A stretch of DNA of 64,000 nt from the human T2T-CHM13v2.0 reference genome, Homo sapiens, in assembly GCF_009914755.1 (NCBI RefSeq), contig NC_060940.1. The stretch is one strand, 5' to 3'. Below are positions 1-23,243 of this stretch, piece by piece. A model generated the notes under the pieces. It ran no database searches, had not been told where the DNA came from, and was given only the letters and a program-made list of their open reading frames with translations. How positions within the stretch are numbered: position 1 is the stretch's first letter; each line of letters opens with the position of its first letter. The position numbers and the translations under genes are program-made.

Positions 1-377
1 TGAGAAAGTCCTTGTTTCCCACGGTCTTGTTTATTATGTGTATGTGTGACTCAGCTTTCAAGAGTTGAGTACAAATTACCCCCTACTTTTTTCCCCCTTA
101 TTAGCTCTTACCTTATAGGATACATGCTGTTAATCTCTTTATTTAAATTAAAATAATTAATTTCTAAAATGGGGCCTTGTTGTGTTGCCCAGGCTGGTCT
201 CAAACTCCTGGGCTTAAGCGATCCTGTTGCCTCAGCCTCTCAAAGTGTTGGGATTACAGGTGTGAGCCACCATGCCCGGCTTTCAGCTTTTTATTTTTGG
301 AGATATTTTGTATTTTAAAAAGTTTGAATACCCAAGTAATAGAGTGATGTTTCTTATTATAAAAAAGTCCAAATCAA

Positions 378-637
378 GCCGGGCTCACCCCTGTAATTTC
401 AGCATTTTGGGAGGCCAAGGTGGGTGGATCGCCTGAGCTTAGGAGTTCAAGACCAGCCTGGGAAACATGGTGAAACCTGTCTCTACCAAAAATGGAAAAG
501 TTAGCTGCGTGTGGTGATGCGTGCCTGTAGTCCCAGCTACTTGGGAGGCTGAAGCATGAGGATCACCTGAACCCAGGAGGTCGAAGCTGTAGTGAGCCAT
601 GATTGTGCCACTGCACAACAGAGTGAGACCCTGTCTC

Positions 638-666
<29 letters not shown>
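378..666 (+). mobile_element. Alu (old, AluJ-like) with long poly(A)
   Basis: Alu dimer motifs and A-tail. Confidence 0.85.
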
Positions 667-670
<4 letters not shown>

Positions 671-743
671 AAATCGTACAAAAGTACATAAATTAAAAGG
701 GGATACCCCCTTCCCTACTCTCTCAACCACTGCAAATATATAG

Positions 744-1175
<432 letters not shown>

Positions 1176-1762
1176 TAAATGGGCCCACGTGGCAGCATGA
1201 TTTTTGTCCTTTAGCGCCCTGCTTTGGGGACCTCTCTGTGCTGTGCCGTATAGCTTCAATTCATTCTTCCAACCCGGTGCCTTTTGGTCTATAATGGAGA
1301 TGGTGCAGTTTATTTCTTTGCTCTTCTGTTGATGGATATTTATGGTGTGCTGTGGAATTTCAAATGGGAGCACTAGGCTGCACTGACGATACCACAGGGA
1401 GATGAGTTTCAGGACATGGGCCTGTTGGAAGGAGAGGCCTCACGTGGTAGGGTTGGGTGGGATGGGTGAGGCAGGGGCTTTAGGATTGAGTCACCCTTCA
1501 GTCTCTTGATGTGTAGGATGCCCTGAGTGGCCCGACTCAACCCATTTCAGTCCCTGGCCTCCAGATCATGTAGCTTATATTCTTCCCATCTGTGACCCGG
1601 GGATGACTGTAGCACTAAATGATAAGAGTTCTTGTGATTGTTAAGTGTCTGAATACATGTAAAATGCTTAGAAAAGTTGCTGGGATACACAAAATCCTGG
1701 GTGGTAGTAAAAGTATTTAACAACTGCACTGCACAAGTATCCACTATTTGGAACCAGTGCTA

Positions 1763-2567
<805 letters not shown>

Positions 2568-2926
2568 CTAACCTAACGTGATTTGAAGGGGTTTTTTTTT
2601 TCTTGATAGCGGGGTCCTTTGGTGTGGTCTTGGGGCTCAAGAGTAGGGCTAGTAGGGATTACAGGGTCAGCTCTCCCACCCTCAGGAGGCCCATTTTTAA
2701 TAGACGGTGAAGTTGAGGCCCAGTGCGGTGGCTCACACCTGTAATCCCAGCACAGGAGTTTGAGACCAGCCTGGGCAGCATGGTGAAACCCCATCTCTAT
2801 TGAAAAGAAAAAAAAAAATCAATATAAAAAACATTTACATGTCAAAGTATATAATAAAGTTTATGAGAAAAATAGCTGGTGATGTTGAGTGATGGGTTGA
2901 TCCCAGGGTCGCCCCAGATGTGTTGA

Positions 2927-3184
<258 letters not shown>

Positions 3185-3221
3185 TGATGTTTTATTTTCT
3201 CTGCGTACCTGAATATTTTTA

Positions 3222-3537
<316 letters not shown>

Positions 3538-3895
3538 GTCACTATGTCAGCAAGGCCTTCCCTGAACACTTGGTTTAAACATTTGCCATCTTCTCCATTC
3601 TCCTTTGTTTTATTCACACTTAGCAGCTTCTAGCCAACCTGTGTAGGAACCGTTCGTTATCTATTACTGTGATATAAGGAGCTTGTGCCAGAATGTAAAC
3701 CAGTGCCCCCTGCTTCCTGCATTAAGATAGCCTTGCAAGACAAAAAGTGCGAGCTGAGTCGAACGGCACGCTTGGTGCCATAGTTGATCTACATTGTGGT
3801 GCTGCGTCCTTATTTTGTCACCAACTGGTCACAAAGTGTGGATTGTCAGTGTCTCATAGGCCACATGTCAAGTGGCATGGTCTAAACACACTCTA

Positions 3896-4253
<358 letters not shown>

Positions 4254-5439
4254 TTATTGTCTGCTTTTCCCCCACTAGGATGTCAGCTCCAGATGGGCAT
4301 TTTTGTCGTTTCTCTTGACTGCTGTATCCTCAGTATATAAAACAGTGCATAGCAGGTGCTGAACAAATATTGTCATCCATTGTAAAAAAAAAAAAATACA
4401 GAAAGATATAAAATGAAAAGTATATTGTCCTCTCTTCCATCAGTTCCTCCCTTCTAAAGTGACAGTTTCGTGTACGCTTTTAGAGAAAAATGGACAAGCA
4501 TATAGGTATTTAAAAATACTTTGACAGATATAAATGGAATCATACTGTACATAGTGTTCTCTTTTCTTTGGTTAACAATATATAGTCTTGGTTCGTTCAT
4601 TCTGGTCTACTTCATTTTAGTTTTTTGGGGGGTTTTGTTTTGAAATGGGGTCTCGCTCTGTCCCCCAGGCTGGAGTACTGTGGTGCGATCATAGCTCACT
4701 GCAGCCTTGAACTCCTGGGCCCAAGCAATCCTCCTGCTTTAGTTTCCTAAGTAGCTGGGACTCCAGGTGCACTGCTACCACTCCCAGCTTGTTTCATTTG
4801 TGTTCATGATGGATGCTTGTCTGACGTGCAGATGCGCCCTGCTGGAATTACCCTTTCTCCCATTCCTTGCAAAAACAGGTTGTTCCCTGTTTTTTTTGCT
4901 GTTATGATCCATGCTACACTGAAAGTTCTGGTACCTGTCCTGGGGTATGGTAATGGGTCTATCCCTGCCTAGCTGGCTTTGAAAAGTTTAAAGACAACAG
5001 TGCAACTTACAATTTGCAAAGTTGGCCGCAAATCAGGAGACCATACAGAGATGGACTTTGGAAATTCCCTTTTTAAGCACAGTTAAAAACAGTTAATGGT
5101 GAAGGATGACTTCAGATCATGCCCCATGTTTGTTTTTTCTTTCTGTCTTTTTATTAACTGTGTCATTCTTTTTGTAATGTTGTGCTCATTACAACTATTC
5201 CTTCTTGGTCAGGTTGGCAAATTATATGTTTTTCTGGCAAGTTTCTGTGAAGCAGAGTTAAACATGTTTATGAATATGAACTTTTCTGTTAAACTACCAT
5301 CTGCTTCATCTTTGTTGAGTTTCAGGTGGAATGTCTAAGGAAGCTCCAGCTGTTTCAGCATTTGCGAAAGCGTGTTCATGCTCCCACTGAATTTTCTTAG
5401 TCTTGCCTTACTTCTCTCAGGGTCTGGAACTGCAGGAGA

Positions 5440-6120
5440 GATGGTGTTCAAATTCAAGCCTGCATCAGAATCACCTGGAGAGCTTGTTATTATATTTTAT
5501 TATTTATTCATTTATTGAGATGAAGTCCCAGTCTGTCACCCAGGTTGGATTGCTATGGCACTATCTTGGCTCACTGCAATCTCTGCCTCCCGGGTTCAAG
5601 CGATTCTTCCACCTCAGCCTCTGAGTAGCTGGGATTACAGGCATGCAGCAACCATGCTCAGCTAATTTTTAAAATATCTTTAGTGTAGAGATGGTGTTTC
5701 ACCATGTTGGCCAGGCTGGTCTCGAACTCCTGACCTCAGGAGATCTACCCGCCTTGGCCTCCGAAAGTGCTGGGATTACAGGCATGAGCCACAGTGCTGG
5801 CTGTTAGCTTGTTACTATAAAACTCAGCTTTCTGGGCCCCACCCAAATTTTCAGTTTTAGTAGGTCTGGTTGGGGCCTGAGTATTTGCTTTCCTAACATA
5901 TCCCTAGGTGCTGCTGCTTCTGGTTCAGGTCGACATGTAGAGACACCGGAGTGGATCCTCACTGCCTAAAGTCTGGTCCGTGGACCAGCAGCCATGGCAT
6001 CACCTGGTGCTTGTTAACGGTGCAGAATTTCAGGCCTCAGCCCAGATCCACTGAAACGGAATCTGAGTTGTAACTAGTTCTCTAGGTGGTGTGTATGCAC
6101 ATTAAATTTCGAGAGAGACT
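5440..6120. mobile_element. MER5-family hAT DNA transposon relics, the first split by an antisense Alu (~5490-5800)
   Basis: gcatcagaatcacctggagagcttgtt ... ctgggccccaccc ... ; tggtccgtggaccagcagc...atcacctgg motifs. Confidence 0.65.
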
Positions 6121-6139
6121 GGCAGAAAGTAGGAGTAAA

Positions 6140-6945
6140 GAAACTTTTTCTGTAAATACTTTCGGAATTCCGGGCCATACAGTCTCTGTCACAAATACCA
6201 GTCTCTTCCAGCGTAGTGCAAAAACAGCCTTAGATAATATGGAAATCGATGGGTGTGGCTGTGTTCCTGTAAAAAAGTATTTAGAGACACCAAAATTTGA
6301 ATTTTATAGAATTTGCATGTGTCATGTAATATTGTTTTGATTTTTTTAACTTTTAAAAAATATGAAATCTGGCTGGGCGCAGGGGCTCATGCCTGTAATC
6401 TCAGCACTTTGGGAGGCCGAGGCGGGCGGGTTGCTTGAGGCTAGCAGATTGAGACCAGCCTAGCCAACGTGGTGAAACCCCGTCTATACTAAAAATACAA
6501 AAATTAGCTGGAAGTGGTGGTGCGCACCTGTGGTCATAGCTACTCGGGAGGCTGAGGCAGGAGGATCGCTTCAACCCAGGAGGCAGAAGTTGCAGTGAGC
6601 CAAGATCATGCCACACACTCCTGGCTGGGCAACAGAGTGAGACCCTTTCCTGCTGCTGCCCCCCCACCCCCTCCCAGCCCCCCACAAAAAAAAATTAGCC
6701 AGGTGTGGTGGAGCATGCTGGTCATCCAAGCTTTTTGGGAGGCTGAGGTACGGGAATCGTTTGAACCCGGGAGGCGGAGATCGCAGCGAGCTGAGGTCAC
6801 GCCACTGCACTCTAAGCCTGGGCAACAGAACAAGACTCTGTCTCAAAAAAAATAAAAAAAATGAAATCAATGCTGAGCTCATGGGCCGTATGTAAACAGG
6901 TGTGGGCCAAATGTGGACCTGAGCCATCCTTGTTGGCCAGCCCCT
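6140..6945. mobile_element. MER58B-like element interrupted by Alus (6371-6860)
   Basis: aaactttttctgtaaa...gggccatacagtctctgtcac...gggtgtggctgtgttcc. Confidence 0.65.
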
Positions 6946-7371
6946 GGCTTAGAGGACTGGAATGTTCTTCTGAGAATCAGGACACCTGCCACATTCTACT
7001 GCCAGCTCACAGTGTGACCCCAAAGCTGGTCATCTCACCTCGCTGGCTCTAGATTTTGTCACATGGAAAATGAAGGGGTTAGATTCCAAGCATGTCAAAT
7101 ACTGGGCCCTGTCCTCCTTCCTCATGCCCACAGCAGACACCCACAGTCACTCATGGGGTTCTTTCCCACTGAGTTATGTTCAAGCAGCCCTCCAGGTGAC
7201 TGGTGCCAGTGGCCTAGAGTTGAGCAAGAAATGACATCTTGTTGCCCTTCTGTAACTCCATGTTCCCTAAGATCACTTCCAGCTCCAATGCCCCTGCATT
7301 CTGCCTTGTACATTGCATTCTTCTTACACTCCAATACCTTGACTTTACCGGGGTGCGTTGATGAACTCTCT

Positions 7372-8070
<699 letters not shown>

Positions 8071-8169
8071 TGGGTCTTACTTTATAAAGTAGGAAGTAAT
8101 GTATTTGCATATGGTGAAACATAATTAAAGCTGCACCAGATGGTATTCATACAGCCGGACTTCGCACGT

Positions 8170-8392
8170 GGCCACCTCAGCCTGCTGACATTCGCCAACA
8201 GGTCATCCTTTGTCCCTGTGTTGTAGGGCCTGGACTGCACATTGCAGGATGTTTCCCAGCATCTGTGGCCTCTACCTGCCAGATGCTAAGTCGTACCTCT
8301 CCCTCTTCTTCCCAGTGGTGACAATAGAAAATGGCTCCAGGCATTGCGAAGTGTCCCCTTGGGGGACAGAATTCTCCCAGTTGAGAACCACA
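8170..8392. mobile_element. MER20 hAT relic
   Basis: cattgcaggatgttt...ggcctctacc...aaaatggctccaggcattg...ccagttgagaaccac. Confidence 0.7.
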
Positions 8393-8586
8393 GTCAATAG
8401 TGAAAGGCCCAAGCCCTTCCTCCTAACACCAGTCACCTTGCTTCCCTCTCTCCATGTTTCTTGTGTGTTTTTCCAGAGTCCACGTCTGTATCACTGTAAT
8501 GGTGGATACATGTCATACATGTAGTTATGGTTACTTGATTCTGTTTACTTTACTTTTATACAAGTGATAGTAAGAGTCATACATAA

Positions 8587-10334
<1,748 letters not shown>

Positions 10335-10384
10335 TAAATGAATAAATACATGAATGAATGAGAGGTTGAAATAAATCATATTAA

Positions 10385-10960
10385 TTAGGAACTGTCTTGC
10401 AAATAACAGAAACCTAGCTTAAATCAACTAGAGTAAGAGAAGAGGGGGATTTTTGAGTCACAAAACTAAAAAGTCTAGAAAAAGACTTTTAAGCATGAAT
10501 GGGGTTCCAGGCATGGCTGGATCTAGGAGTTCCCAAGATAATGTTGGGAATAACAACGTCTCTGACTCTCAGCTCTGCTTTCTTGATGGTGGTTTCTTTA
10601 TTAGCTGGTAGTTTCCTGATCATCCTGTCACCTCAGCAACCCCTGTGAACAGAGAGTCTTACTCTTTTCCCCTAATATTTCCTGCAAAGCTATGGGATTG
10701 AGTCTCATTGGTTGTGGTCGATCACATGCTTCTTCCTGAGCCAGTCACTGAGGCCAGGGAGATAGGATGCTTGGGTCAGCCAGGGCTAGGTCATGTCTTT
10801 CAGGGCTTGGGGCCAAGGTAGGGGGTGAGGGAGGAGGTTCATCTGTGGCTGAAGCTCATAGGTTGACACTGGGAGAAGTTCAGTTCCCCCAGAGAAAATT
10901 GCATGTTGCCATAAACAGAGTAATAGATGCCAGGTAGGCAGGAAGAGCAGGTAACTGCAC
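10385..10960. mobile_element. Old ERVL-type LTR relic (LTR33-like)
   Basis: gcaaataacagaaacc...aactaaaaagtctag...caggcatggctggatctagg motif. Confidence 0.5.
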
Positions 10961-12124
10961 ACAGGGCATCAGGATTTTTAGGGAGTGGGCTGGAGTGTAG
11001 GGGTTCCATTCATTGGTTTTCCACATTTCTCAGAAAAGGCACCTAGGGGACAGGTGCTCCTCACTGTGTATGAAGGGCTTTTGCACCCTAGACCCTCGCC
11101 TATTACAAGGCGAACTCCAGTCTCCTGCTGCCTGGAGCCCCAGTCATTGTGCCCGTCCTACCAGCCTCTTCGGATTTCCAAACACTGCCTGCAGGGAACC
11201 TGTTAAAGCCTGTGCTTCCACTAGACTGTGCGTCTCAGGGTTGCCAAGCCCACCTCAGTCCCCAGCGCATGATGGGTGCTCAGTTACCACCTGAGGGGTG
11301 GATGGCTAGATGACCTCCTCCTTCTGGAGAAGCCAGGACCATGGACCTGAAAGGGGCCGCATGATGTTGTCCTGTCCCCTCTCTGTGTGTGCCCTGTGCT
11401 GCCAGCAGCCGGCATCGATTGGTACTTGGCTCACCAAGGGGGCTGGTACGTTTTGGTGGTGAGATGCCTGAGGCCTGGTTTGCTTCACTGCTGAAGAGAC
11501 ACCTGTGATGTGCTCTTCTGCCCTCAGGCAAATTCACCTACCCCGTCCCCACCCATTTATCCACTCCCACCCATCCATTATCTATCCAGCAGACATTCAC
11601 TGAGCACCATGATCTGGGCTCTGTCCTAGGCTCTGACAATACAGCAGTGCATACTACAGGTAATAATCTCCAGTCATGGAACATTCATTTTTCACGGAGA
11701 GAAACAGACAAGGAAAAATAGGCACAATAAATAAATCCTAGTGCTAGAGAAAGCCATCCTAAGTGCTATAGAAAGAAAAGAGTCAGATCTTTGGAATAAG
11801 GGCGGCTTGCAGTTTTAAGTAGGGTGGTCCAAGCTCACTGAGAAGGTGACACTTGAGGAAAGACTTGATGGAGGTAAAGAGGCCAACCAGGGAGTAGCAA
11901 GAGCATGTGCAAAGGCCCTGGGGCATTACTGTGCCCATTCATAGGTGGGATAACCATGGAGGCTGAAACAGTGGGAGTGAGGGGAGAGTGACAGATGACG
12001 CCAAATGAGGTACGGGGAAGGGACTTTACAAATCAGCTGGGCCTTGGGATCCGAGTCAGCACTTTGACTTCTACACTGAAAAATAGGTTGACTTTGGAGA
12101 GGTACTTTTTTAAAAATTACTTGT

Positions 12125-14068
12125 TTAGAGATGGGGGCCTCACTCTGTTACCCAGGCTGGTGCGGGGGCACAGTAATAGCTCACTGCAGCCTCGACCTCC
12201 TGGGCTCAAATGATTCTCCTGCCTCAGCCTCCCTAGTAGCTAGGACTACAGGTGCATGCCACTATGCTTGACTTATTTATTAATATTATTGTTGTTTTGA
12301 GACGGAGTCTTGCTCTGTTGCACACGCTGGGGTGCAGTGGTGCAATCTTGGCTCACTGCAACCTCCACCTCCCGGGTTAAAGTGATTCTCCTACTTCAGC
12401 CTCCCTAGTAGCTGGGACTACAGGCACATGCCACCACACCCGGCTAATTTTTGTATTTTTAGTAGAGACAGGGTTTTGCCCTGTCAGACAGGCTGGTCTT
12501 GAACTCCTGACTTCAGGAGATCCACCTGCCTTGGCCTCCCAACATGCTGGGATTACAGGCATGAGCCATTGAGCCCAGCCACCTGGCTTATTTTTTAAAA
12601 AATTTTGTAGAGACACAGGCTTGCTTTTTTGCCCTGGCTCTGCTCGAACTTCTGGCCTCAAGTGATCCTCCCTCCTCGGCCTTGCAAAGCATTTGGATTA
12701 CAGGCATGGGCTACCATGCCGATCGAAATGTATTTTTTTAATGGAGGTATAATTCACCATTTAAAAGTGTGCAATTCAGTGGTTTTTTTGTGTGATGTGT
12801 GGTGGTGTGAAGGTCACCCAGTGGGTTTTTTTGTATAAATGATAATGACAATCACCACTAATTCCAGGACGTTTTCATTACCCCAAAAGGAAGCCCTGTA
12901 CCTGTTACCAGTTGCTCCCCAAATCTTCCATTCCATTCCAGGCAACCAGTAATCTGCTTTCTGTCTGTCTCTGTTTATCTACTGTGGACTTTTCATATAA
13001 ATGGAATCAAACAACAGGTGGCCTTTTCTGACTGTTTTCTTTTTTTTTGAGACGAAGTGTCTCCCTTGTTGCCCACCTGAAGCGCAATGGCATGACCTTG
13101 CCTCACTACAACGTTTGCCTCCTAGGTTCAAGCGATTCTCCTGCCTCAGCCTACTGAGTAGCTGGGATTATAGGCATGCACCACCACTCCTGGCTAATTG
13201 TGTATTTTTAGTAGAGACGGAGTTTCTCCATGTTGGTCAGGCTGGTCTGGAACTCCCGACCTCAAGTGATCCGCCCGCCTCAGCCTCCCGAAGTGCTGGG
13301 ATTTCAGGTGTGAGCCACCCCGCCTGGCCATCTGACTGGTTTCTTAGCATGATGTTTTCAAGGTTTATCCATGTTTTAGCATGTATAAGAATTTCACTCC
13401 TTTTTATGGTTGAGAAGTCTATCATGTAGATACATGTAGACCCTTTCGAGTAAAGAATATCTCTGGGCTGGGCATGGTGGCTCATACCTGTAATCCCAGC
13501 ATTTTGGGAGGCCGAGGCAGACGGATCACTTGAGGCCAGGAGCTCAAGACCAGCCTGACCAACATGGCGAAACCCCATCTCTACTAAGAAAAATACAAAA
13601 AGATTAGCTGGGCATGGTGGTGGGCGCCTGTAATCCCAGCTACTTGGAGACTGAGGCATGAGAATCGTTTGACCTTGGGAGGCAGAGGTTGCGGTGAACT
13701 GCGATCGCACCACTGCACTCCATCTTGTGCAAAAGAATGAGACTGTGTCTCAAAAAAAAAAAAGTATCTTTAGGTAAGATGCCAGTGTTGCGTTACCGCT
13801 TAGAAGATGGGAGCCAGGATGGGTGCAGTGGCTCATGTCTGTAATCCCAGCACTTTAGGTGGCCGAGGCAGGCAGATGGCCTGAGCCCAGGTGTTCGAGA
13901 ACAGCCTAGGAAGCATAGGGAGACCCTGTCTCTACAAAAATAAAAAAATTAGCCGGGCATGGTGGTATGCGCCTGTAGTCCTAGCTACTCGGGAGGCTGA
14001 GGTGGGAGGAATGCTTGAGCCCGGGAGGTCGAGGCTGTGGTGAGCCATGATTGCACCACTGCACCCAG
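12125..14068. mobile_element. Alu cluster (antisense 12125-12722 and 13035-13329; sense 13465-13763 and 13815-14068) with an antisense L1M 3' fragment (12750-13430)
   Basis: Alu consensus; L1M-type ggcaaccagtaatctgctttctgtct...cttttcatataaatggaatca. Confidence 0.8.
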
Positions 14069-14949
14069 GGATCATGCGTCCCTGTCGTTTCGAGCACCTT
14101 GCCTCCCTCTTGACATCGGAGCCTGGAAAATTTCTGTGCCATGGCTCAGCGTCATCTGTCTTGTTAATGTCAGAGCCAGAACACGAACCAGCTCTGGCTT
14201 CCCGTGGGACCGGGCTCTCGCTTGTGTGACCACGTTAATAGATTCCTTGGAAGAATGATCTAAGGAATTTGGACCAAATCTTCCAACAAGAAATAAAAAC
14301 AGCTGCCATCTGTTGAGTTTTACTGTGCTTGGGCCCTGTGCAAATAAACACCCTACATAAGTGCCAACAGCCCTTAAAAGCCTATCATGACTTCCATTTT
14401 ATAGATGAGAAAATAGGGGCTTGCCTGGAGAGGTGAAATAACTCAACCAGGGTCCCACAGCGGAAATATGGCAAAGTGTATGGTTTTTATTTTTAAGCTG
14501 TATGACCTTCCAGGAAGTAACAATGAAATGGCAGTGCTGAGACCCTGAAAATACATGGGCCGATGGCCAGATGGCAGGGCTATTTGGGTAAAGTGGGAGA
14601 GACAGCTCCCTTGAATGGTGAGAGGGAGGAGTCAGGTGGCCCCCTGGATGGAAGATGGTTTCAGGCAGAGGAAACGTCAGGGGCAAAGGCCTGGCTTGGG
14701 GATTGTGCTTGGTGCTTTTGAGGAATACTAAGAATGCCCCTCTAGGACATCTCTGAGAAAGTTGATGGGAGAGGCCGGCTCTTTGGGCTCCCGGTCGTTG
14801 ATTTATCCAGTTCATTCCCAGAGTGTTTAGTGAGCACCTGCCATGTGCCAGATACTGCCCCAGGTTTTTCCACGAGCTCCAGCAGCTGGTCAGTTGTGGC
14901 CACCTGGGGAGGGCCCAAGCGCGTCTCCAGGGCCTGTCACTGCTCCTAG

Positions 14950-15237
<288 letters not shown>

Positions 15238-15551
15238 TAGATCACACTCCCGGTTGGGCTCCATGAGGCCCGGACAAAGGCTGCCATGCTTTCGTCTGGT
15301 CATGCCTGAAAGAAAGAAAACACATTTGACTTCTTGACAGAGAACTCGCACTTGAGTATATGAATCAAGTTTAATGCAGCAGGGCTTTCCCATGCTCTGG
15401 AAGAATCTTTCCGAAATACTCTGTTCTCTTCAGCCTGTTCCTCCGCCATTCCTATCCTTTTTTTAAAAAATGTAGCTCTTGTCTGACTTGATTGATTTTA
15501 CAACCCACTGATAGGTCTTGACCACCCACGCTTTGAGAAACCCCAACCTTA

Positions 15552-17551
<2,000 letters not shown>

Positions 17552-17909
17552 TCATTCTTTTTCAGTATCCCTCCCTTGTCCCTCTTTCCCTTCATTTGTT
17601 TTTAATGCTAAACTCTGCTATCTATCCCTTCATTCTTTCCTTTCTTTGCCGAATAATTTTAAAGCAAATCTCAGACCCCTTACATTCTACCCACAAATAT
17701 TTCAGCATGCATTTCTTCCTACATAATGTAATACCATCATCATGTCTAAGCAAACTAACAATAAGTTTTTACAATAATACTCAGCCCATATCCAAGTTTT
17801 CTGGAATATCTCAGAAATGCCTGTCCCATTGGGCTGTTTGAATTGGCTCTGTTGCATTTGCTGTTACGTTTCCAGAGTCCCTTTTCCACCAGGCCTCTGC
17901 CCTTTTCTT

Positions 17910-18239
17910 CTTTTATTTTTATTTTTATTTATTTATTTTTTGAAATGGAGCCTCACTCTGTCGCCCAGGCTGGAGTGCAGTGGCATGATCTTGGCTCACT
18001 GCGACCTCTGCCTTCCCAGGTTCAAGTGATTCTTCTGCCTCAGCCTCCCGAGTAGCTGGGATTGCAGGTGCGTGCCACCACGCCAGGCTAATTTTATGTA
18101 TTTTTTTTTTTTTTTTTTTAGCTGAGGCGGGGTTTCACCATGTTGGCCAGGCTGGTCTCAAACTCCTGACCTCAAGTGATCTGCCTGCCTTGGCCTCCCA
18201 AAGTGCTGGGATTACAGGTTTGAGCTACCGTGCCCAGCC
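17910..18239 (-). mobile_element. Antisense Alu
   Basis: Reverse Alu consensus. Confidence 0.88.
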
Positions 18240-18411
18240 ATTCGCCCATTTTTTCTGAAATACCTTTTGTGGGCTTTTAAAACAAAGCAGAACCAAACCT
18301 GTTTCTTTTTTTGTTTTGTTTAATTCTAAAGTATACACTGGTTCTAAGAAATGTGGGACCTTCAGAAATAAGGGAGGGTGTGTGCCCCTCCACACCTGGG
18401 GAAACCCTTGA

Positions 18412-18822
<411 letters not shown>

Positions 18823-19024
18823 TGAGGGTCAGCAGCTGCTTGAGGCTTCCCCGTGGGAGTCACTTTCCAAGGCTTTGACCTTGATTCTATTCTGGGCTAA
18901 ATGAGGACTCTGGAGGCTGGCCAGCCTCCATCACCCACAAGCTGTGTAGACTTAGGTCTGAGCCTCAGTTTTATCTAGATAAGGGAAACAAAAGTACCTT
19001 TCTTTGGCTGAGTGTTACTTGGAT

Positions 19025-20617
<1,593 letters not shown>

Positions 20618-20929
20618 GGCACAGAGAAGTTAACTAACTTGCCTGTGGCTACCCAGGTACGAAGTGGTAGCCCCAGGATTCAAACCCATACAGTCTGGCT
20701 CCAGAGTCCAATGTCAGAAGATTGAATGTGTGTAAACGTCGGTTATACCGCGTGAGCTGTGTCTGGCACCTCGCAGGCGCTCAGGTATCTTTAGTGGCAC
20801 CTAAAACGTTTGACACGTTTGACACAGCACCTGGTGCATAGAAGATGATAAACAGATCCTGGGAGTTGTCACTTCTCTGGTCTGAGCGAGATGGTCTCAG
20901 CATCTTCAGCTCAGCCCCCTGGTGTGGGG

Positions 20930-21135
20930 TTTTTTATCCTGGGCGCTACTGACATCTGGAGACACATTGTTCTTTGTGGTTGGGGACTGTCCTGTGCACT
21001 GTGGGATGTTGAGCAGCAACCCTGGACTCTACCCATTAGATACAGTAGTATCCATCCCAATTTTGGCAACCAAAAATGGCTCCAGACATTGCCAGATGTG
21101 CCTTGAGGGACACAGTTACCTCCAGTTGAGAACCG
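20930..21135. mobile_element. MER20 hAT relic
   Basis: ctactgacatctgg...ggactgtcctgtgcactgtgggatgtt...ccagacattgccagatgt...ccagttgagaacc. Confidence 0.75.
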
Positions 21136-21779
21136 TGGCCCAAGTGGATGCTGGACTCTTCCTCCCAACACTCCTGGGCTGTGGTCATCTGGTTTCTGCT
21201 GTCCCAGTGTCCCACATCCCCTCACATCATAAGGCAATGATTCCATCTACTCTGGGGTCAAATTTCTCTGCTAACCACAGGCTGAAATTTGAGGTGGCCG
21301 GCGGTGGGTGGGGGGTGGTTTCTTGCTACTGAAGTTGTTCACAGCTCAATGCAAGCATCAGGAAACCCCTAGGCCCCTGGGTGCCGCCCGCACCCCAGCC
21401 CCTCCTTCCTGCCCTAATAGTGGCCTCCTAGGTGGTTGGACTTCCTGGAATGTTTAGCACGCTCTAGCCAGTGGGGGCCCCCTTGGCTGCTCCCAGCTCC
21501 CAAGCTAACCGTTTTCTGCAACCTCTCTGTCTCCAGTGGCTTTTCTTAAATTCCTTAAATAGCAACTCCCAGTTTCCTCATTCCACGTCCACTTGTAGAA
21601 GAGCTGAGGGAGAAAGTTAATCTAGGTTAACCAGCACCTTCCTCTCTCTCTAGGTTTTTTGTTTTTTTGATGCATGGAGGAAGTTATTTCTTCATTTGAC
21701 AACTTAAACAAAAAATACTCCTGTATTATCTCCAGATGGTCTTAAGGTGGCTCATAATTCAGAGAGCTGCTTTTCTGTT

Positions 21780-22497
<718 letters not shown>

Positions 22498-23081
22498 TTA
22501 ACGTGGGCTTTGTCTCCGACACTCTCCCCTTCCCTGTGCCCTCGTACCATACTTCCTGTTCCGTATCCTCTTTTTTTGAGTTTATCGTGATGGATGTTTT
22601 AGAAAGATCCACCTGCTGTGATGTGCTGTGTGTAGAGTGGTGTGGCTGGGGGAGGAAGACAGAGGACCTGGGGAGAAGGGTGAACGACCTCCCTTTGCAC
22701 CTCAAGGAGGGCCCAGCGGTCTGATGCTGGCCACCCCAGTGGAGAGAGGTTTGCATGTGGACGCCAGCTGTTTCCCACTGACCTTGGCCACTGCTCGGCC
22801 CTCCCAGCTGGAGCTGCCCCGAACCTGCCTGAGAAGGGCCAGGGCATCGAGAGCATTGAGTAATTCTCATGCGGCCCCCGCCTCTGCAGTCATCTCCCAA
22901 GATGATCGTCCAGATGGCGCAACCCCATCTTACAAGGACAAAGCTGCTTGCAGTTTCCTTCTGCTTTCTGGGTCTGGGGCTGCCTCCAGAACTGCAGGTT
23001 GAGTTTCTTCTTTCAGAACCCGTGGCTGATGTCACCAGATAATAATGCCTAGCGCCATTCGTGCCAAGCGTCTGGGGTTGA

Positions 23082-23243
<162 letters not shown>

